Notes: a model not told the origin generated them from the sequence alone. Numbered from the stretch's first letter, positions 12,045 through 27,149 are shown. The stretch is DNA of 60,204 nucleotides from Nemertoderma westbladi (GCA_032718475.1 JAUCBJ010007390.1:1-60204), one strand, 5' to 3'. Program-made: numbers and translations.

Positions 12045-15000
12045 ACCTTATAATAAAGGATTATAAAACTAAAACCTACAGTAGCTGGAAATTAACAACA
12101 ACAACTAACATCGCTACGCAGACCTAAAAAGTAAAATCTAAACCTAACTGGAAATTAACAACAACACCAACAACAACACGGAGAGAATACTAGAGGTCTC
12201 GCTACGCGGCGGATTTAAAAAATTATTCAATAATGACTCCACATCTTCCACTTCCATCACAGTGATAATGGAATTAATTTCGGGGAATTTCTTGGAAATG
12301 TATCATCTTATGCCTATGGATTATATTACGCCTATGTATCTTCACAAGGGGGGAGTGGGCAGAAAGGGAGCTTTCAACAGAACTGTTATACTTATTGTAT
12401 TCAACAATACCAATAGGCCTTCCTGTCTATATAATAACAATACCGTTAGTATGCCTACTGTACCTACATCCTTTCCTTTTATCATAATTCAGAAGGTGGT
12501 TACAGTTAGGCCCAGTTACGGCACCGTAATATGCACAATGGTCCCGTTAGACATACCGAATTGAGGAGGGCCTTCTCATTATTGGGGAATATATTATATG
12601 CACCAAGATCACGTAAAGTTTATTATTTTTTATTTTTATTTTTATTTTTAAGTTTATTATTATTTTCATCCGAATTTTTTGTTTTTTTACCAAATTTATA
12701 CTGAATCATGCCTCGTGTTAGGAAGAATATCAAGAAGAAACTTGACCGAATCAGGTTAGCTTTTATATTGTGTAGGCCTAAGACATTTTAGTTTCAACAG
12801 TAATTAATGTTATTCTTCTTACTCAAATGTACAATAAATATCAAATTTAATATTTATCACAAATGATAAGCCTATAGGCGTATTCATACCTATCACTATT
12901 CGCATGCATTGATCATGAGCAGATTAAATTTCAACATAATATTGTGATTTACATTACAGAAACAGAAAGAAACTCGTTCACGCTGTTCGCGAATTACAAT
13001 CAAAAAATACCTTCTTACGTAATTATAGAGAATATTTATTGGTTTTGGTGGATTTCCTAAAGAAACGGAGTGCTGAACACAAGTTACACAAGAGAGAAGA
13101 AAACGCACAAATACGCAATATTTGAACTAATTTATCAGTTACTGGTAATAATTTGTATTCTTACTTTGTTCCATGAGTTTCTTTCTTTCTGTAATTATTA
13201 AAATATATGTTTGTTAATTAATAAAAGGTTGTCACACATGCACAATTAACTAAACTGTATTTTTGCATAACTTCAGGAATAGTGATGGAGTTTAGCTCAC
13301 CCATCATGATGTGGTAACTTCTTCCTGATTACAACAACCATTTTTAGTCGGAGCCCCCCCCCCCCCCCCCCCCGTTAGTTAGTAGACGCGGAGCTTTGCG
13401 CGATTTCGCGCTTGTTATTGGTTATTAGATACCGGTATACATTTTGACACGTAAATCGATATAATTCTAATGTATTTTACTCAATTCTAGAATATTAATT
13501 AAGCACAATGAAGATACAAGAAGGAGAGTTTTAAAAGCTCAGCTAGATAATAATTAATATTCTAGAATAAAGACAAATAAAAACAATAGAATTATATCGT
13601 TTTATTTTACGTCTCATTATTTACACATATCTTATCTTCGTCTTATCTTAGATCTTCGGCAATTTAATTTGAAATTTAAAACGGTTTAGAGATTCGGAAT
13701 CTGAAGATGACGGAGGTTTTAATCATATCTAAATTACATTCAAAAGACGAAAAATAAAGCCGACAGAGGTGGCTAAATATTGCGAAATATACGATTTTTA
13801 ACGGCTTGTTGTATCGAAATAGCTCATAAATTAAAAAATCCGGCCCTGCCAGCAGTAAGAAAAAGTGTCGGACTATCATCATACCAAAAAGTCAATTAAT
13901 AGTCACCTCTGGAAAAGTATTAAGTAAATTAAGTCAGTTAAAGCGAGGTAAATCCAAACTGCCATTTTACAGTCAGTTTACAGTCAAGACTATGATTTGC
14001 AGGAAATAGCCAAACTGCCAGAAGGTTCCAGTAGGCCTAGCCTAGAGCGTGAAGGCAAGCAAATGTTCTTAGGTCATGGGTGTTCATTTTTGCTTTATAT
14101 TTAATAGTTGAAGCCATCTCCATATTACGGTGGCCCATATCGGCCACAACAAAACTAATAATTTCCTAACATTAACTTCTATGGGCAAAAAATGAGTTGT
14201 GAGAAAGTCAGAAAGATAGAAGATATTATTATCTTTTATATGTGAATTGTGGATTTTATTATATCAAAATATACGTAAGATAGACAATGGGATAGGTTGT
14301 TAAATCTTATGGTTATAGAGACGTTTCTCGTCGCACGCAGCACCTGATAAATTCAATCGGCTTACGGATCCAATATATGTAGAATTATTATGTTCGCGCT
14401 TTTAGACCTTTAACAGTTTAACCTGCTAATTTATATGTCTATTAATATCTTACAGCCCAATACAGATGAACACAGCCGGAGTCAGTCTAGCGTGGCGTAT
14501 GACCCACTGGAGGTGGTAGACTGGATCCGATGGCAGAAAGAGCCGTAGGACACTTTGTATTATTCAATTGATCTTTACTATATAATCTCGATAATATCTC
14601 GATCTATAATATCTATAAAACTATACTTATTCTCAGTTAAATACTGACAGTTCCTTTCAGGTGCTGCGCTATAAATACTACGCAGAGATATGACTTGACT
14701 TATACTCATTACAACGGGTAGGCATGAGATAACTCAAAAGTTTACATCCTTTAGGGATGTATTTATTGGACGTTCACACTCTCACACAGACGGGCAATAA
14801 TACTGAAACACGCTAATTTGCCAACGGCCACCAATTTTACTTGCATATAGGGAGAACTTAACTCACGTACATTGGGGACTATGAAACAGCATAAACTCAT
14901 ACAAACCACTGTTATTTGAGCTAGGCTATTGTGAATAGTAAACCCCTCCACTTACCTCAATGATCATGAAAACCAAGAGATCTACCGGTTATTCGTAAGT

Positions 15001-15769
15001 ATTCTCCAACTATTAACATGAATCCATATGTGACAAATTACTGTACAACAGAATATAACAGCATAAATCAGTATAAAAATGCGGCGTTGCGGCAATATCA
15101 GACAGTCAGGTTGTGTTGCAGTGAGTTGTGTACGAAATGTGTACGGTGTAGATGGTTAATAGATTTGCATTCTGTATCTTTCTAGCCACTGGTGTTTCTG
15201 GGCATAGAGTCAGGAAGTGAATAAACACTCACACACGCTGAAGCCTGCAAGAATATTCTTGCCTCAAGTAGTCCACAAGGCCTGAATCATATCGAACGCC
15301 GTAGAACGTATGGAACATGCAAGAACTCCCAAACAGGGACCAGTTTCCATGCCATCAACCCGTAACCGATGGATCCGGTAATTCAGTCTATGGGGTGACG
15401 TAGGAGGGAAAGTATACTGATTGGACGGTGACTAACAAAGAAGAATGTAAACAAAGGGAATAGTATCCAATGACTGGTGATTTCGTAATCTGAGCATTTG
15501 GGTTTCTGTGGGAATGTACTGGAAAGTGTTGTACATAGAATAAATGCTGGAGGGAGTAAGTTTGCATTAGTTCATAAAATACAAATTTCTTGAGAGTTCT
15601 TCAAGGGTTTAGAGTAACCAGTGCATTGTGTAAAATGGGGACAATTTGGCCACAAAAGCTTTAACATATTACATTAAAAAATTTATTAAAATCTGAATAT
15701 TTCATCTGTGATTTTGGACATGAACTAAGTGTACCGATTATTTAATTGCAGTAAATTAGTCTTTGTATT

Positions 15770-15843
15770 TTGTACGCGCTTTAGATCTGCCCCTGTGGCA
15801 GATTAAGCGCAATATAAATTCTAGAATTATAATTATTATTATT
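15770..15843 (+). mobile_element. L2/SINE-type 3' end (stem-loop plus (TTA)n tail)
   Basis: gcgctttagatctgcc...ggcagattaagcgc hairpin, then aatataaat and attattatt. Confidence 0.4.
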
Positions 15844-15849
15844 GAAAAT

Positions 15850-16500
15850 AGTTCATGGTATGATTGAAGGTCAGTTCCAAAGGATTATTTTATACAGGGT
15901 GCACTCCCTGATTGGACACAAATGCCAATCCGTTGGCGGAGGTGTTCGATTGATCAGGGGTTGCCGCTAACACAATCCATTCATGTCCCAAGATTTCTAA
16001 GGAAGCCTAGTGTGATGGGACCAGGACCTCCGAGGGTTTCAACTGCCACTGCACTGGACGATATTATCCTTGCAGAGTTAGAATATTTTGACAGTTTCCT
16101 CTCCTCTGCAAGTGCGGCAACAGAAGAACAATCGTTGGATGCTGCCCGGGCATAAGAAGGGGCCAGGAAGTGTGAAACAGTGAAATCCCACACAGACCCA
16201 CTGGCTCGAGTGATGCGGGAGTCTCTGCTGAGAGTAGGGCGTGGAGAATCGCATCATTACCAAGACGATGGCGTGCAAGACAACTCTTGGTGTGTTTGCA
16301 CGTCAGAGCATGGAGGGTAGATGCATCAATGCTGGCTCCACACGCACACTGGTATGGATAGCAACTGGTGCGCCAAGGCTGATGGCAACTACCATTCCAA
16401 AATCATCATCAGCCAAACGAAGACAAAGTGTCGAAGATGGTATGTCATTGAGCCAATCACCTGAACCAGGTGGCTGACAAACCCTTAAGACGAGCTGAGC
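15850..16500 (-). mobile_element. CRE-clade non-LTR retrotransposon, 3' fragment (zinc motif plus restriction-like endonuclease), frameshifted
   Basis: SGDWLNDIPSSTLCLRLADDDF..LGAPV and WDFTVSHFLAPSY..AEERKLSKY..AVETLG resemble CRE/Cnl1 C-termini. Confidence 0.7.
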
Positions 16501-16503
16501 TAC

Positions 16504-17760
16504 ATACATGTATAGGACAAAGATAGTCCCTCAAGAACTGAAAACAAATAAGTTGGTCCCAGCCCCAAAGAAGGGAAACCTCCCGACCACGTATGTTGAG
16601 CATAATACTGTACTGGAGCAAAAGGGATTCCTGAAGAAGTTATTGCAGCTATCAGATCACCCTACAATGGTTCCACCACGTTTGTGTCTACTACTGATGG
16701 TGGCACAGATCGGGGAGTCCTTCAGGGTGACACACTGGTACCATTCTTATATAGATAAATATATATTATATTCATTAATTATCAAGAATTATAACGTAAT
16801 TGCGATTGATTATGTTCTACTCATGAGATGATCCCTTAGACCATCTTAACAAAGATGGGGTGATGGTAACACCCCTTACTGGCACAAGAAGTTGAGGAAA
16901 TCCGGCAAAGTACCTTACTTATCTAGACTTTGCAGATCACATAGGGGTACTGTCAGAATCACTAGAGGGAGCCCAAAGGCTCCTATGCTCATTGGAGCAG
17001 GTTGCTTCTAGTATTGGTCTTTTTGTAAATTCCAAGAAGACCAAAATCATGACAGTCAACCTAGACAGCCCTCACGAAATGACTGACCGTAAGGGGATAA
17101 GCTCTAAGGATGGCTTGCTTGAGCACATGGATGACTTCTGCTACTTGGGATCATGGATCAGAAAGTCAGGTAAAGAAAGACCTTCGAATACGTAAGGGGA
17201 AGGCATGGGTAGCGTTAATTAGTCTGTCCAGGATTTGGAAGTCCTATAGAATAAAGCGGAACCTTAAGGTTCGATTATTCATGGCAGCAGTAGTACCAGT
17301 ACTCTTATATGGGAGTCGAAGCTGGGCTCTAACTGATGAGGATACCAAATCTCTGGATAGCACATTCACAAGAATGCTGCGACGGGTTTATTGTGTCAAG
17401 TACAATGAACACATATCCAATCAGACTCTATACAACATTGGAGGTGTTCCATTAATCTCCCCTAGCTTGACACTTGAACGGAACTGCCTCCGCTTTGCAG
17501 GACATTGCTTTCGTCATGAGGACCAGACAGGGAATAATCTTGTGCTTTGGCGCCCTCATGGAGCGAATAAGCTTGGTGGACATCCCATGACTTTCTTGAG
17601 ACACATCTTAAAGGATACTGGCCTTGAAGATGCGGGATGATCTAGCAAATGTCATGGGTGATAGGGAGTTGTGGCGGCGCAATTTTGTCAACAAGCCGGC
17701 ACAGCATTCTTAAAAATGCAGCTGCAATGCAGCATGCCGATCCTAGTACTACTAGTAGTA
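16504..17760 (+). mobile_element. RTE-like LINE, decayed 3' part with (TAG)n tail
   Basis: LDFADHI, DDFCYLGSWI, VLLYGSRSWAL, LRFAGHCFR motifs; tail tagtactactagtagta abuts the Copia LTR. Confidence 0.8.
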
Positions 17761-20700
17761 GGAGAGTTCCTAATGTTGACCAATATACTGTTGTACACCA
17801 GTACCTGATGTCTGTAGGTGATTGGTTATTGCTGATTGTGTATGTTGTATGTTACTAATATTATACTGTACCAGTACCGACTGTCAAGGAATCATACCTC
17901 AGTTTATATTTAACATGGTACGGACGAATGAGACTATTTAATTCATCTCCCGACTGTCCGCAATTATTGGATTATTATCCAGTTTGTAGGATTTCATAAA
18001 GCTGAGAGTTAAAGAATTACTTGTTGGTTGTCGGATTAGGCCTAGTACGGTAACTAGGCTACCAGGACTGTACAGCACGAAAAGCGCATCAATTTGTCAT
18101 CATTCCAGTATTCAGTCAGACTGACTCTAGGACCCATACACGGTTGAAGTTTTATAGTACCGGTAGAATAACAAACAAGCTTTCCATTTAACTACCAATA
18201 AAGTGTGTGTAGTATGCCTATACAGCTGTACCAGCTGACAAATGGCCCAGGCACAACCTGGAAGTGGAACTGTTACAAAATACAGACCACGCCAGTACTA
18301 GACAACGATGTGGATTATAGAGTGTGGAAGAACAAAGTAAAGAGGTGGCAGTTTACATCTGATGATTCAAATGCAAAACAAGGTGCTGAACTTGCAAATT
18401 CTGTGAAAGGAAAAACATAAACGCCTATAAACGATTTAGAATTTGACCAAGTGGCTTGCGATGACGGTGTCGATAATATTATAAAGATACTCTATGAATA
18501 CCTCAAAGTTGATAAATCTTTACAGGATTTTTCGGCTTATCGAAAATATGTGTGATATTACAGATCAGCTGAATGTGCTATTCGAGATTTTCTGATGGGC
18601 TATGAGAAAAATTATAATGAATACAAGCATCAAGGCATAAATTTGCCAGAAACAGTTCAGGCATTTCAGGTATTAGAATCGGCGAATTTATCGCATTCTA
18701 ATGCACAGCTTGCTCTAGCAACATGGAAAGACATTAACTATAGGGAGATGTGAAGTCTCAAATTTTGAAGATCCACAAAGACCTTTCTGAAGTTTTACCA
18801 TCGACAAACGAACAACCTATTTCGCTGCATGATACTATTAGAGTTCAATCTGAGCCTAAACATGAAGTCGTTTTTGCCACTGGTATCTATTTGTATTCTG
18901 GAACAGAATCTTCATCTTCTGATCCGGATCCAGAGGAAGTATTTTATGGGTATAGGCCTAAACAGCAACGTAATAACCATAGATATTCAAGAAATTCATC
19001 TAAATACTATGATAATATTTCAAGAAATGCATATGCGCCCGGACATACAGATAGCAAACATCGGAATAATTTATTATCAACGTGAATATATGCGTACTGG
19101 TAATGGGGGAAATACCGGTAATTCACAGGATGAGGATGTAAATGGCGATGGCAGATATGGGGGTACATTTCATCTTAATCCTCTAGGTCGAGACGGTCGA
19201 CCAATGAAATGCCGTATTTGTGAATCAATTTACCATTTAGCCAACAACTGTGAAATTAACAAATCGACTTCAAAGATCACACTGTTTATTGATGATGATG
19301 CAATCCCCAAAACAGTTATTCTTGCAGAAACGTTGGGAATGGCCATAGTTGACAGTGGGTGCATTGATACAATGACTGGTGAAAGATGGCTTCATGTTTA
19401 TATCGATTCATTGTCCTGTTCAGTGAGCTGATCGCAGAATGATTACTAGTGAAAATAGTGAACCTTCATTTAAATTCGGAGATGGGCATTGCTGGAAGTC
19501 ATTAAGGAAAATGAAAATTCCAGTCCATCTTGGTTCTGTGAAAACATTTTTAGAAACAGACGTCATTGAATGCGATATACCTCTTTTGTTTTCAAAAATG
19601 GCACTGAAATGAGGTGGTTGACAAATAAATTTTGAACGAGACAAGTTGTATATTTTAGATATGGTGTTACCGCTTCAAGTTTCTTCTACAGGGCATTATT
19701 GTTTAGAATTGGGACGTTCTGAATCAAATCAAGCTATGACCATACAACAGGTGCTATTTTCAAATCCAATTGAGAATATAGATGAAAGTCAACTGAGACA
19801 GACTATTAACAAGTTGCATAAACAATTTGGCCACCCACACTCTGACAAGTTTGAAAAATTACTCAAGGATGCTGGCAACAAGAATGACATGTTTTATGAT
19901 GTTATTAATTCTGTTAGTAAAAAATGTGACATTTGCAAACGATATAAAAGACCACCTCACAGGCCAGTTGTCTGTATTCCACTTGCTAGTGTGTTTAATG
20001 AAGTTGTTGCCATGGACCTAAAGGATATTCATAAAAGTTTCATAATACTTCATCTTATTGATCATGCTACTCGATTTGCACAAGCTGCTTTTATTAAAGA
20101 TAAACACATAGAGACTATTATTAAACGTATTTTTGATCTGTGGATTCGCATTTTCGGTGCACCAGGAAAATTTTTCTCAGACAATCGGGGTGAGTTCGGG
20201 AATAAGGATTTTCAAGACCTCTGTGAGAAGTTTAATATTAACGTTTGCACTACTGCTGCTGAATCACAATGACCTTGTAGAGAGGCATAATGCCACTTTA
20301 TGTAACACTGTAGAAAAGATATTGGCTGATCAACCAATGGACATCAATATAGGAATTCATTGGGCATGAAGTGCTAAAAATTCACTTAGCACTGTAAATC
20401 CTTTTCTCCAAATATTTTAGTCTTTGGAAGGAATCCAAATTTTCGCAATAATTTCATCAACAATCTTCCAGCTCAACAAAACCAATCCTGTAGTATGTTG
20501 GTCCAAGAAAATCTCATGGCTCTACACAAGGCAAGAGCGGCGTTTATTCAACCGGAGTCCTGTGAACGACTGCGACGAGCTTTGTGCAGCCAAACTAGAA
20601 CTTATTCAGATAAAGTTTTCTGTATTGGCGATGAAATTTACTACAAAAGAAATAAATTATAGTTCACAGTGGCAAGGTCCTGCTCGGGTTTTGGGGATAG

Positions 20701-22973
20701 ATTTTACGCAAGTATCAGTAAAACATGGAGGATCCTACCTTCTAGTGCATCCATGTTTTTTAATACATATACACGATTACCCCTATATAATCAAATTTCT
20801 ATAAAGAATTTCAGTAATGAGATTGTGAGTCACAATGGCCATGAAGCTAGCGAAAATTATCCCCAAAGAAATGATGTAACTATTCATCCATTGAATCTCG
20901 AAAATCATACATTACAACCTGAAACTCCACAAGAAAGTCACACTATTGAACGAGGAACTGCACAAGAAAACCTCACAAATAAACCAGCACATCAATGAGA
21001 AAGTCAACCAAAAATAGTTCCAAAAAAAGGTGACCGGGTTGAGTATAAATTTACAGATAATGATCAATTGTATCAAGCAACTGTAATTAGCAGAGGAGGT
21101 AAACTTTCAGGTAAAAACTGGCATTGGATAAATATTCAACAAGATCGTGACGATAAAGTTAAAAGTATTAGTGTTACTGATGATGTGACATCATTCAAAA
21201 TTGTAGAGAAGCAAAATGACATCGCATTCAAAATGACAAATACCATTGCCGATAACAATGAATTGAGTCTTGGAACAAGTACCAGTGAGGAATTATCAAG
21301 TAGAATCAATCACTAATCCAACAACATTTTTATACACGTTTTTGGCAGAATGCGTTCACCAGGATCCAAGATTTGATGATGCTAAACAAGAAGAGAAACA
21401 AATGGAAAAATATGAATGTTTTTGTTGAAATCAATGATATTGGTCAACATACTATATCGACAAGATGGGTTTGCACAAATCAAATGAAGGGGGTGCACCA
21501 ATTCTTAAAGCCAGATTATGTGCACATAGTTCTGAAGATGATGCTAATATTCAGACTGATTCTCCAACATGTAATAAAGGAAGTATTCGTACACTGTTAA
21601 GCTTTGCAGCTTCGAAGTGTTGGGTTATTAAAAGTATTGATATTCGAAGTGCCTATTTGAAAGGTCAAGAACTTAAAAGAGAAGTAATATCTCAAACCTC
21701 CTAAACAGGCAAACACTAAAAAGTTATGGCTTCTTCGCAGATGTGTTTACGGTTTGAATGAATCTGGTTGCCGATGGTATTTTCGTTTAAAGTAAGTGTT
21801 TATTGAATGTAAATGTCTCGTTTCATCATTGGATCCAGCAGTATTTTATTTATTGAAAGATGGGAAATGTGTTGGCATGGCAACAGTTCATTTTGATGAT
21901 ATTTTGTGTGCTGGTGGTCTTGAATTTGATCAAGTTTTAACTGAACTTAAATCAAAGTTGCTTATAAGCAATGAAGAAAACGAAAATTTTTCGTTCATTG
22001 GTATGAAAATAAATCAACATATGTAGAAAAGAAGGAATTACGAATGTTGTGTGGTAAATTGGGTAGCAACACAATGACGTCCATATATCTAATATGAATC
22101 TTGTCAAATTTCGAGATCCAAAGGCTCCAACTGTATCTCACGTTAGAATTGCTAATAAAGCTTTAAAGAAGATTCAACTTAATACATTTTAAATATGATA
22201 TAAAGATGTGGGTCGTGTGGAGTCTTGGAAAATAGTTGTATATTCTGATGCAAGTTGGGGTAAACTTCCTAGTGGAGGCACACAGTGTGCCTTCTTGATA
22301 TTATTGCTTGGAGAAAATGGATCAAGTAATCTGATTCAATGGCAGAGTAAGCGGCTGCGTCATGTGACTCGAAGTACAATTGCTGCGGAAATAGCAGCCT
22401 TAGAAGCGGCTGAGCTTTTAATTGCTTCATTTATCGCAGAAACCCAAAGCATGAAACGCCACCCGATTTATATCTTAGTTGATAATGAGAGTTTATACAA
22501 CGCTGTCTGCTCCACCACATCGGTTGAAGAGTGCAGACTACCTGTGGACATAGCAGCTTTACATGAAATGCTAATAAGAGAAGAATTGACTAAACTTATC
22601 TGGTTTCCATCGAAACAACAATTAGCAGACTGTTTGACTACACAGGGTGCCAGCTTCGATAAACTTGGGGATTTCCTACATGGACAAAAACTGGAAGTAA
22701 TGTTCTACAGTATAACGTATTATTGAGAGGAAAACTTTTATATTAAAAAAAAAGGAGAATAAGGGGAATGTGAATACTGTACTGAGTTCCTATGTGCTCA
22801 CAATGAGCCACTGGAGAGTTCCTAATGTTGATTAATATACTGCTATACAACAACAGTACCTGATGTCTGTAGGTGATGGGTTATAGCTGATTGTGTATGT
22901 TGTATGTTATTAATATTATACTGCACCGGTACCGACTGTCAAGGAATCATACCTCAGTTTATATATATTAACA
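17761..22973 (+). mobile_element. Ty1/Copia LTR retrotransposon (GalEa-like), decayed; 5' LTR 17761-17915 (5'-truncated), 3' LTR 22769-22973
   Basis: TGGTA PBS after the 5' LTR; AAGGAGAATAAGGGGAA PPT. Order is gag knuckle CRICESIYHLANNC, protease IVDSGC, integrase HHCC/D-D-E, RT (VHFDD), RNase H (YSDAS..QLADCLT), i.e. INT before RT. Many stops and frameshifts. Confidence 0.88.
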
Positions 22974-25479
22974 GAATCATGGTTGCAGTCATTGGGAATT
23001 ATGAGTTCACACTTGGTCTCATTTGGAGAGAGTCAAATATCTGAGCAGGCAGCCCTAAAATTCTGAAGATTTGATAGGACTGTTCTCCACTCACCTCCCG
23101 ATGTAACATCATCAACATATACTGCTTTAAGCACTGTCTGGAAGTTGTCAAGGGTTGGGTGGAGCCCTAGTGCAAAGTAGAAAACGGTCACCCTGCTGAA
23201 ACCCTTCCTCTGAATATATTATCTCAGTACCAAAAGGGAGAAATGTTTTGAACTCATAGCACACCTTGAAAAAGAGAAGGAGTTCAGGGGCCTTCTCTGA
23301 TGCCAAGCACTGGTCCCTTCTCTAAATAATACATATGGTATTTAAACATGAATTGTTTCCTGACAGTGTGAATTTAACTTTTTCCCGATTCCATTTCAAT
23401 AACCTACCAATACAGTGGCGATCATTATCCCACCCATAAGGGAGCGTACATGCGTTAAAAATTAATTGGCAATCTTGACTTAATATAAGGGCTACACAGC
23501 TGTTGAAATAATTCAATTCGTTGAACATTATAATTAATAAACCATAGCAGTGGTTATAGATTTTTAGAACGATCTATATAGATTTTGTTGAAGAGGCTAG
23601 ACATTACTCATACATAATTTTGCCTACATACCTTTATGTTGAGAAATTTTAAGTGTCAAGATAATTGGACATGTGGACTTATAATGATGTACTTTTTTAC
23701 AATCATTTTTTATTAAAATGTAAGATTTATAAAAAGATTTATATAGTTTTCTCATTAAAGAATTTCTAATTCTTATACATCATGAATTCGATTTGTATAA
23801 CCGCTGTAATTCTATCTTTAACTTTATTAATTCTACCAGTGGCTATGGGCTTGGATAATTTAGCATCAATGGATTGTCGATCTGAAGAAGGCTGTGCGAT
23901 CTCCATTGTAAGTAAACAACTGAAAACTAAATAAAATGAATAAAGTAAAAGAACAACTGAATAACATCACCTTTGGCATTTATTAGATTGAATTCCTGTG
24001 GCTCCAGACTTCGTTTCGGCTTGAATGTTTTACCATATATATTAAACCCAGTGTGCCAAAATGACACCCTTTTGAATAAGTTATTTTTGGGGGGTATAAG
24101 ATTTTGTAGCTATTATCAAATTTTGAACATCCATCAGTTTTGTAAATTGAGTTTTTGCTTTACAGGGGTTTTTAATTTGTAACGGTGATGACACTCAGTC
24201 ATAGTAAAATAAGGAGAAATGTGGAGAGGAAACTTCGCAGAATTACGTTTAGGACTGCGATCTAGTTGATTCGCATTGTTTGTGGCCGTTTGTGACTGTC
24301 GTGGCTGAGTGTTGGTCTCCGTTTTGTGAAAAGGTTTTATAGTATATATATGATAACCTAAGAAGAGCATTGGTAGTTCCGATATTCAATCCTGGGGTGG
24401 AATGATTCCAAATATGGTTAAGTCAATTAAAAGTTGAAAAAGTAAACGTTTGTTGTAAAAGTTGATATTTGTTGTTATTCGTTGGATCAAAGACGGCAAC
24501 ATTATTATGATGAAGTAAGCCAGTGAGTTGCCTTGGGGGATAGACAAATGAAGTTTCAGAGAGTTGCAGAGTTTCTTACAAATAAATTTATACCGGAGAG
24601 GTATAATAAATATAATAAACCATCGCATTGCAGGCAGTCCATCTAGCTACTACTACTACTATGTCGAGCGAACTCGGACAGTGGAAATGAGATCCTTCCA
24701 GTCTTCCCGATTCTCCATAGTTGTCGCAATTTCGTTTCTCCCAAGTTCAGTATCCCTTTCAAGTTGATCTATATATGTTATTGCCGGTCATCCACGACTA
24801 CGCTTTCCATGAGTTGGTTGCCAGAAAAGTAGATCTGGTATGACCTTGTCTTTACCTCGCCAGCAGTGCCCACTGAATCTTAATCTGCGTTCACGGAGGG
24901 TGGTTGATACAGGTGGTATTGTACCATAAAGCTCGGCGTTTGTCAAGTGTTGTCTCCAGCTGATTTTTTCTGGCTGCCCTTAGCAGTCTTGTGTAGCAAC
25001 CATCAATTCGTTGTTCAAGTGATTTAGTCAGTGTCCTGTCCAGGTCTCACCCCTGTATAAAAATACACTTTCCACTGTGGCTCGAAAGAACCTAGTCTTC
25101 AGGTGCCTGGAGAGATCTGATTTCCAGATGGAATCCATTTTTGATAGAGCTACATAAGCCTTTGCTTTTTTTTAATAATATCATGATAATATAAACAATA
25201 TACATCCTTAACATAAATAAGCGTTTTTAATATAAACAACACCATTTACAATAAACGTCGTGTTCACCATAGTCTCTAAGTTGCGTAATATTAACATTTA
25301 ACATTTATTTATTTCTTTCATAATACATCAATACATCAACATTTATAATAATAATAATTACTATAAACTTATACTATATTATTAATATCACATATAAATA
25401 ATATTATTGTTGCAACTGCATCCGAGCAATAGCATTGCTAGTGTAGCTCGAGTGCTTAGCTGCTTAAAGTATTATGGAG

Positions 25480-25516
<37 letters not shown>

Positions 25517-25576
25517 TGGGTTGTGAAGTACTTATGATTCGATTTAAATTAATTGTGAAGTAATATTTTTAGTTCG

Positions 25577-25720
25577 TTAGCAGTTCTCGTGGGGGAGTAG
25601 GAATGAGCCACAGGGCAAATGGAACTGATTATTACAGGCTATACAAATAAAAATATAATCAGTGGGTTCGAATCTCGAGTAGCAGAAGTTACATGAAATG
25701 GGACAGGGTGAGTTCGGGGA
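25577..25720 (-). pseudogene. Truncated PHD-finger-like ORF
   Basis: CNFC..ICIACNNQFHLPC gives a C4HC pattern; the final Cys pair is missing. Confidence 0.5.
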
Positions 25721-26315
25721 GTACTGCATTGGCGGAGGGATGGGGGGGGGGGGGGGGGGGGGGAATGGGTAGGACTGTGGTAACAAAAACTTACTTATGG
25801 TGAAACTTACTTTAAAGAAATACTAACTTTGTACTTCTATTCCTACAATAGAATTGCAACACAATACAAAAGCACAAGATAAGGTTACTGCAATAATTGA
25901 TAGTAGTAGACATATATTATATTATAAGTACACCAATGTTAAAAATGTGTCTCTCATTTGCCAATATGATCATTCACAGAAAAACAAAAAAAAATAAAAC
26001 GAGAATTCAATTGAATAAGAAGGAATATCTATGTTCATAAATAAACACATTGGCTGATATATAGTATATTTGTGGCCGATGTAAGTTTAAGAATGACTAT
26101 TAATAGGAGGCCGTTTATCAGCTATGATTTTAAAATAACTAGACGGCCGATAGTCAGAATGTCCTATATGTAAAATGTACTCTAATATGCTGCCGATGAG
26201 ATTTACTAAGGTAACAAGTAATATGGTAAGAAACAAAAAAACTGGGCTAATATAATGAATGACTGTGTAGTGTGCATAGATAGGGCATATTGCGATAGTT
26301 TAGGTAGGTGAAGCA

Positions 26316-27149
26316 TTAACCAACGCTAGTGGCAGTAGATGTGATGCCAACCCTGGCACTGCGTCTATTGCCACTGGGGCCCCTAGATGTACCGCTATTA
26401 CGTCCTCGGCCACGCCCTTCAGACCACGGTCCTCCGCGTTGCTGTTGGATGTTCCTCTGTTTATTGAGCTGATCCTTTGTTTGGGGAGGAAGGGATTCGA
26501 GAAACTTAAGGAGTTCGTCTTTGTTCTTGATAAGAACAGGCACCGTGTCTTGGGTGGTCCGGGTAAGGATATTACCATTGTACGTATATACGGAGTGGAG
26601 GCGAGAGGCTCGTTTGTATTCCATTAAAGAACGAAAGATTTCAGATCGAATCGGGGTTAGGTGTTCAGATATAACTATCGGACGATTAGGTGCGTTTGCG
26701 GTTTTTTGAAGTTCATATTTACCACGCAGGGCCGTAATTCTAGCTCCGTGGCCTAGAAAGCGAACGATCATCGGGCGGGGTTTATCAGCGAGATTGTCGT
26801 TAGCGCGTCCGAGGCGATGGAATATATCGACCGCGTCTATCGATAAACTGACTTTACTGAGGATATCAACGAGATTCTCGCGCTCTTCTTCTCGCGATTG
26901 CGACTCCGGAACATTGAGAAGGAGGATGTTATGGCGACGCTGGTATTGGTCCAGCTCATCATTTTGGTCGATAAGTTTTCTATTTTCGTTAGTTAGTGAC
27001 TTAACTTTTCCTTCTAGGTTAGTAATTTGACTGGTGGAAGTTGCTAGATCCTCGCGGAGTGTTGCTATTTCATTTCTAAGCTCTTTTATTATTTCAGACT
27101 GTCCACGTTTAAGGTCGCTAAGAGAGTCGATAATTTGTTGCGTTTCCAT
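26316..27149 (-). CDS. LINE ORF1-like RNA-binding protein (coiled coil, RRM, CTD), 277 aa
   Basis: LDQYQRRHNILLLNVPES, HRLG..KPRPMIVRF, ISEHLTP and YTYNGNI motifs; RG-rich tail. Confidence 0.85.
   Translation of the reverse strand: METQQIIDSLSDLKRGQSEIIKELRNEIATLREDLATSTSQITNLEGKVKSLTNENRKLIDQNDELDQYQRRHNILLLNVPESQSREEERENLVDILSKVSLSIDAVDIFHRLGRANDNLADKPRPMIVRFLGHGARITALRGKYELQKTANAPNRPIVISEHLTPIRSEIFRSLMEYKRASRLHSVYTYNGNILTRTTQDTVPVLIKNKDELLKFLESLPPQTKDQLNKQRNIQQQRGGPWSEGRGRGRNSGTSRGPSGNRRSARVGITSTATSVG

Noticed and set aside
23322-24628. Minus-strand coding region
   Set aside because: Fragmented frames that look like decayed repeat sequence; no assignable motif.
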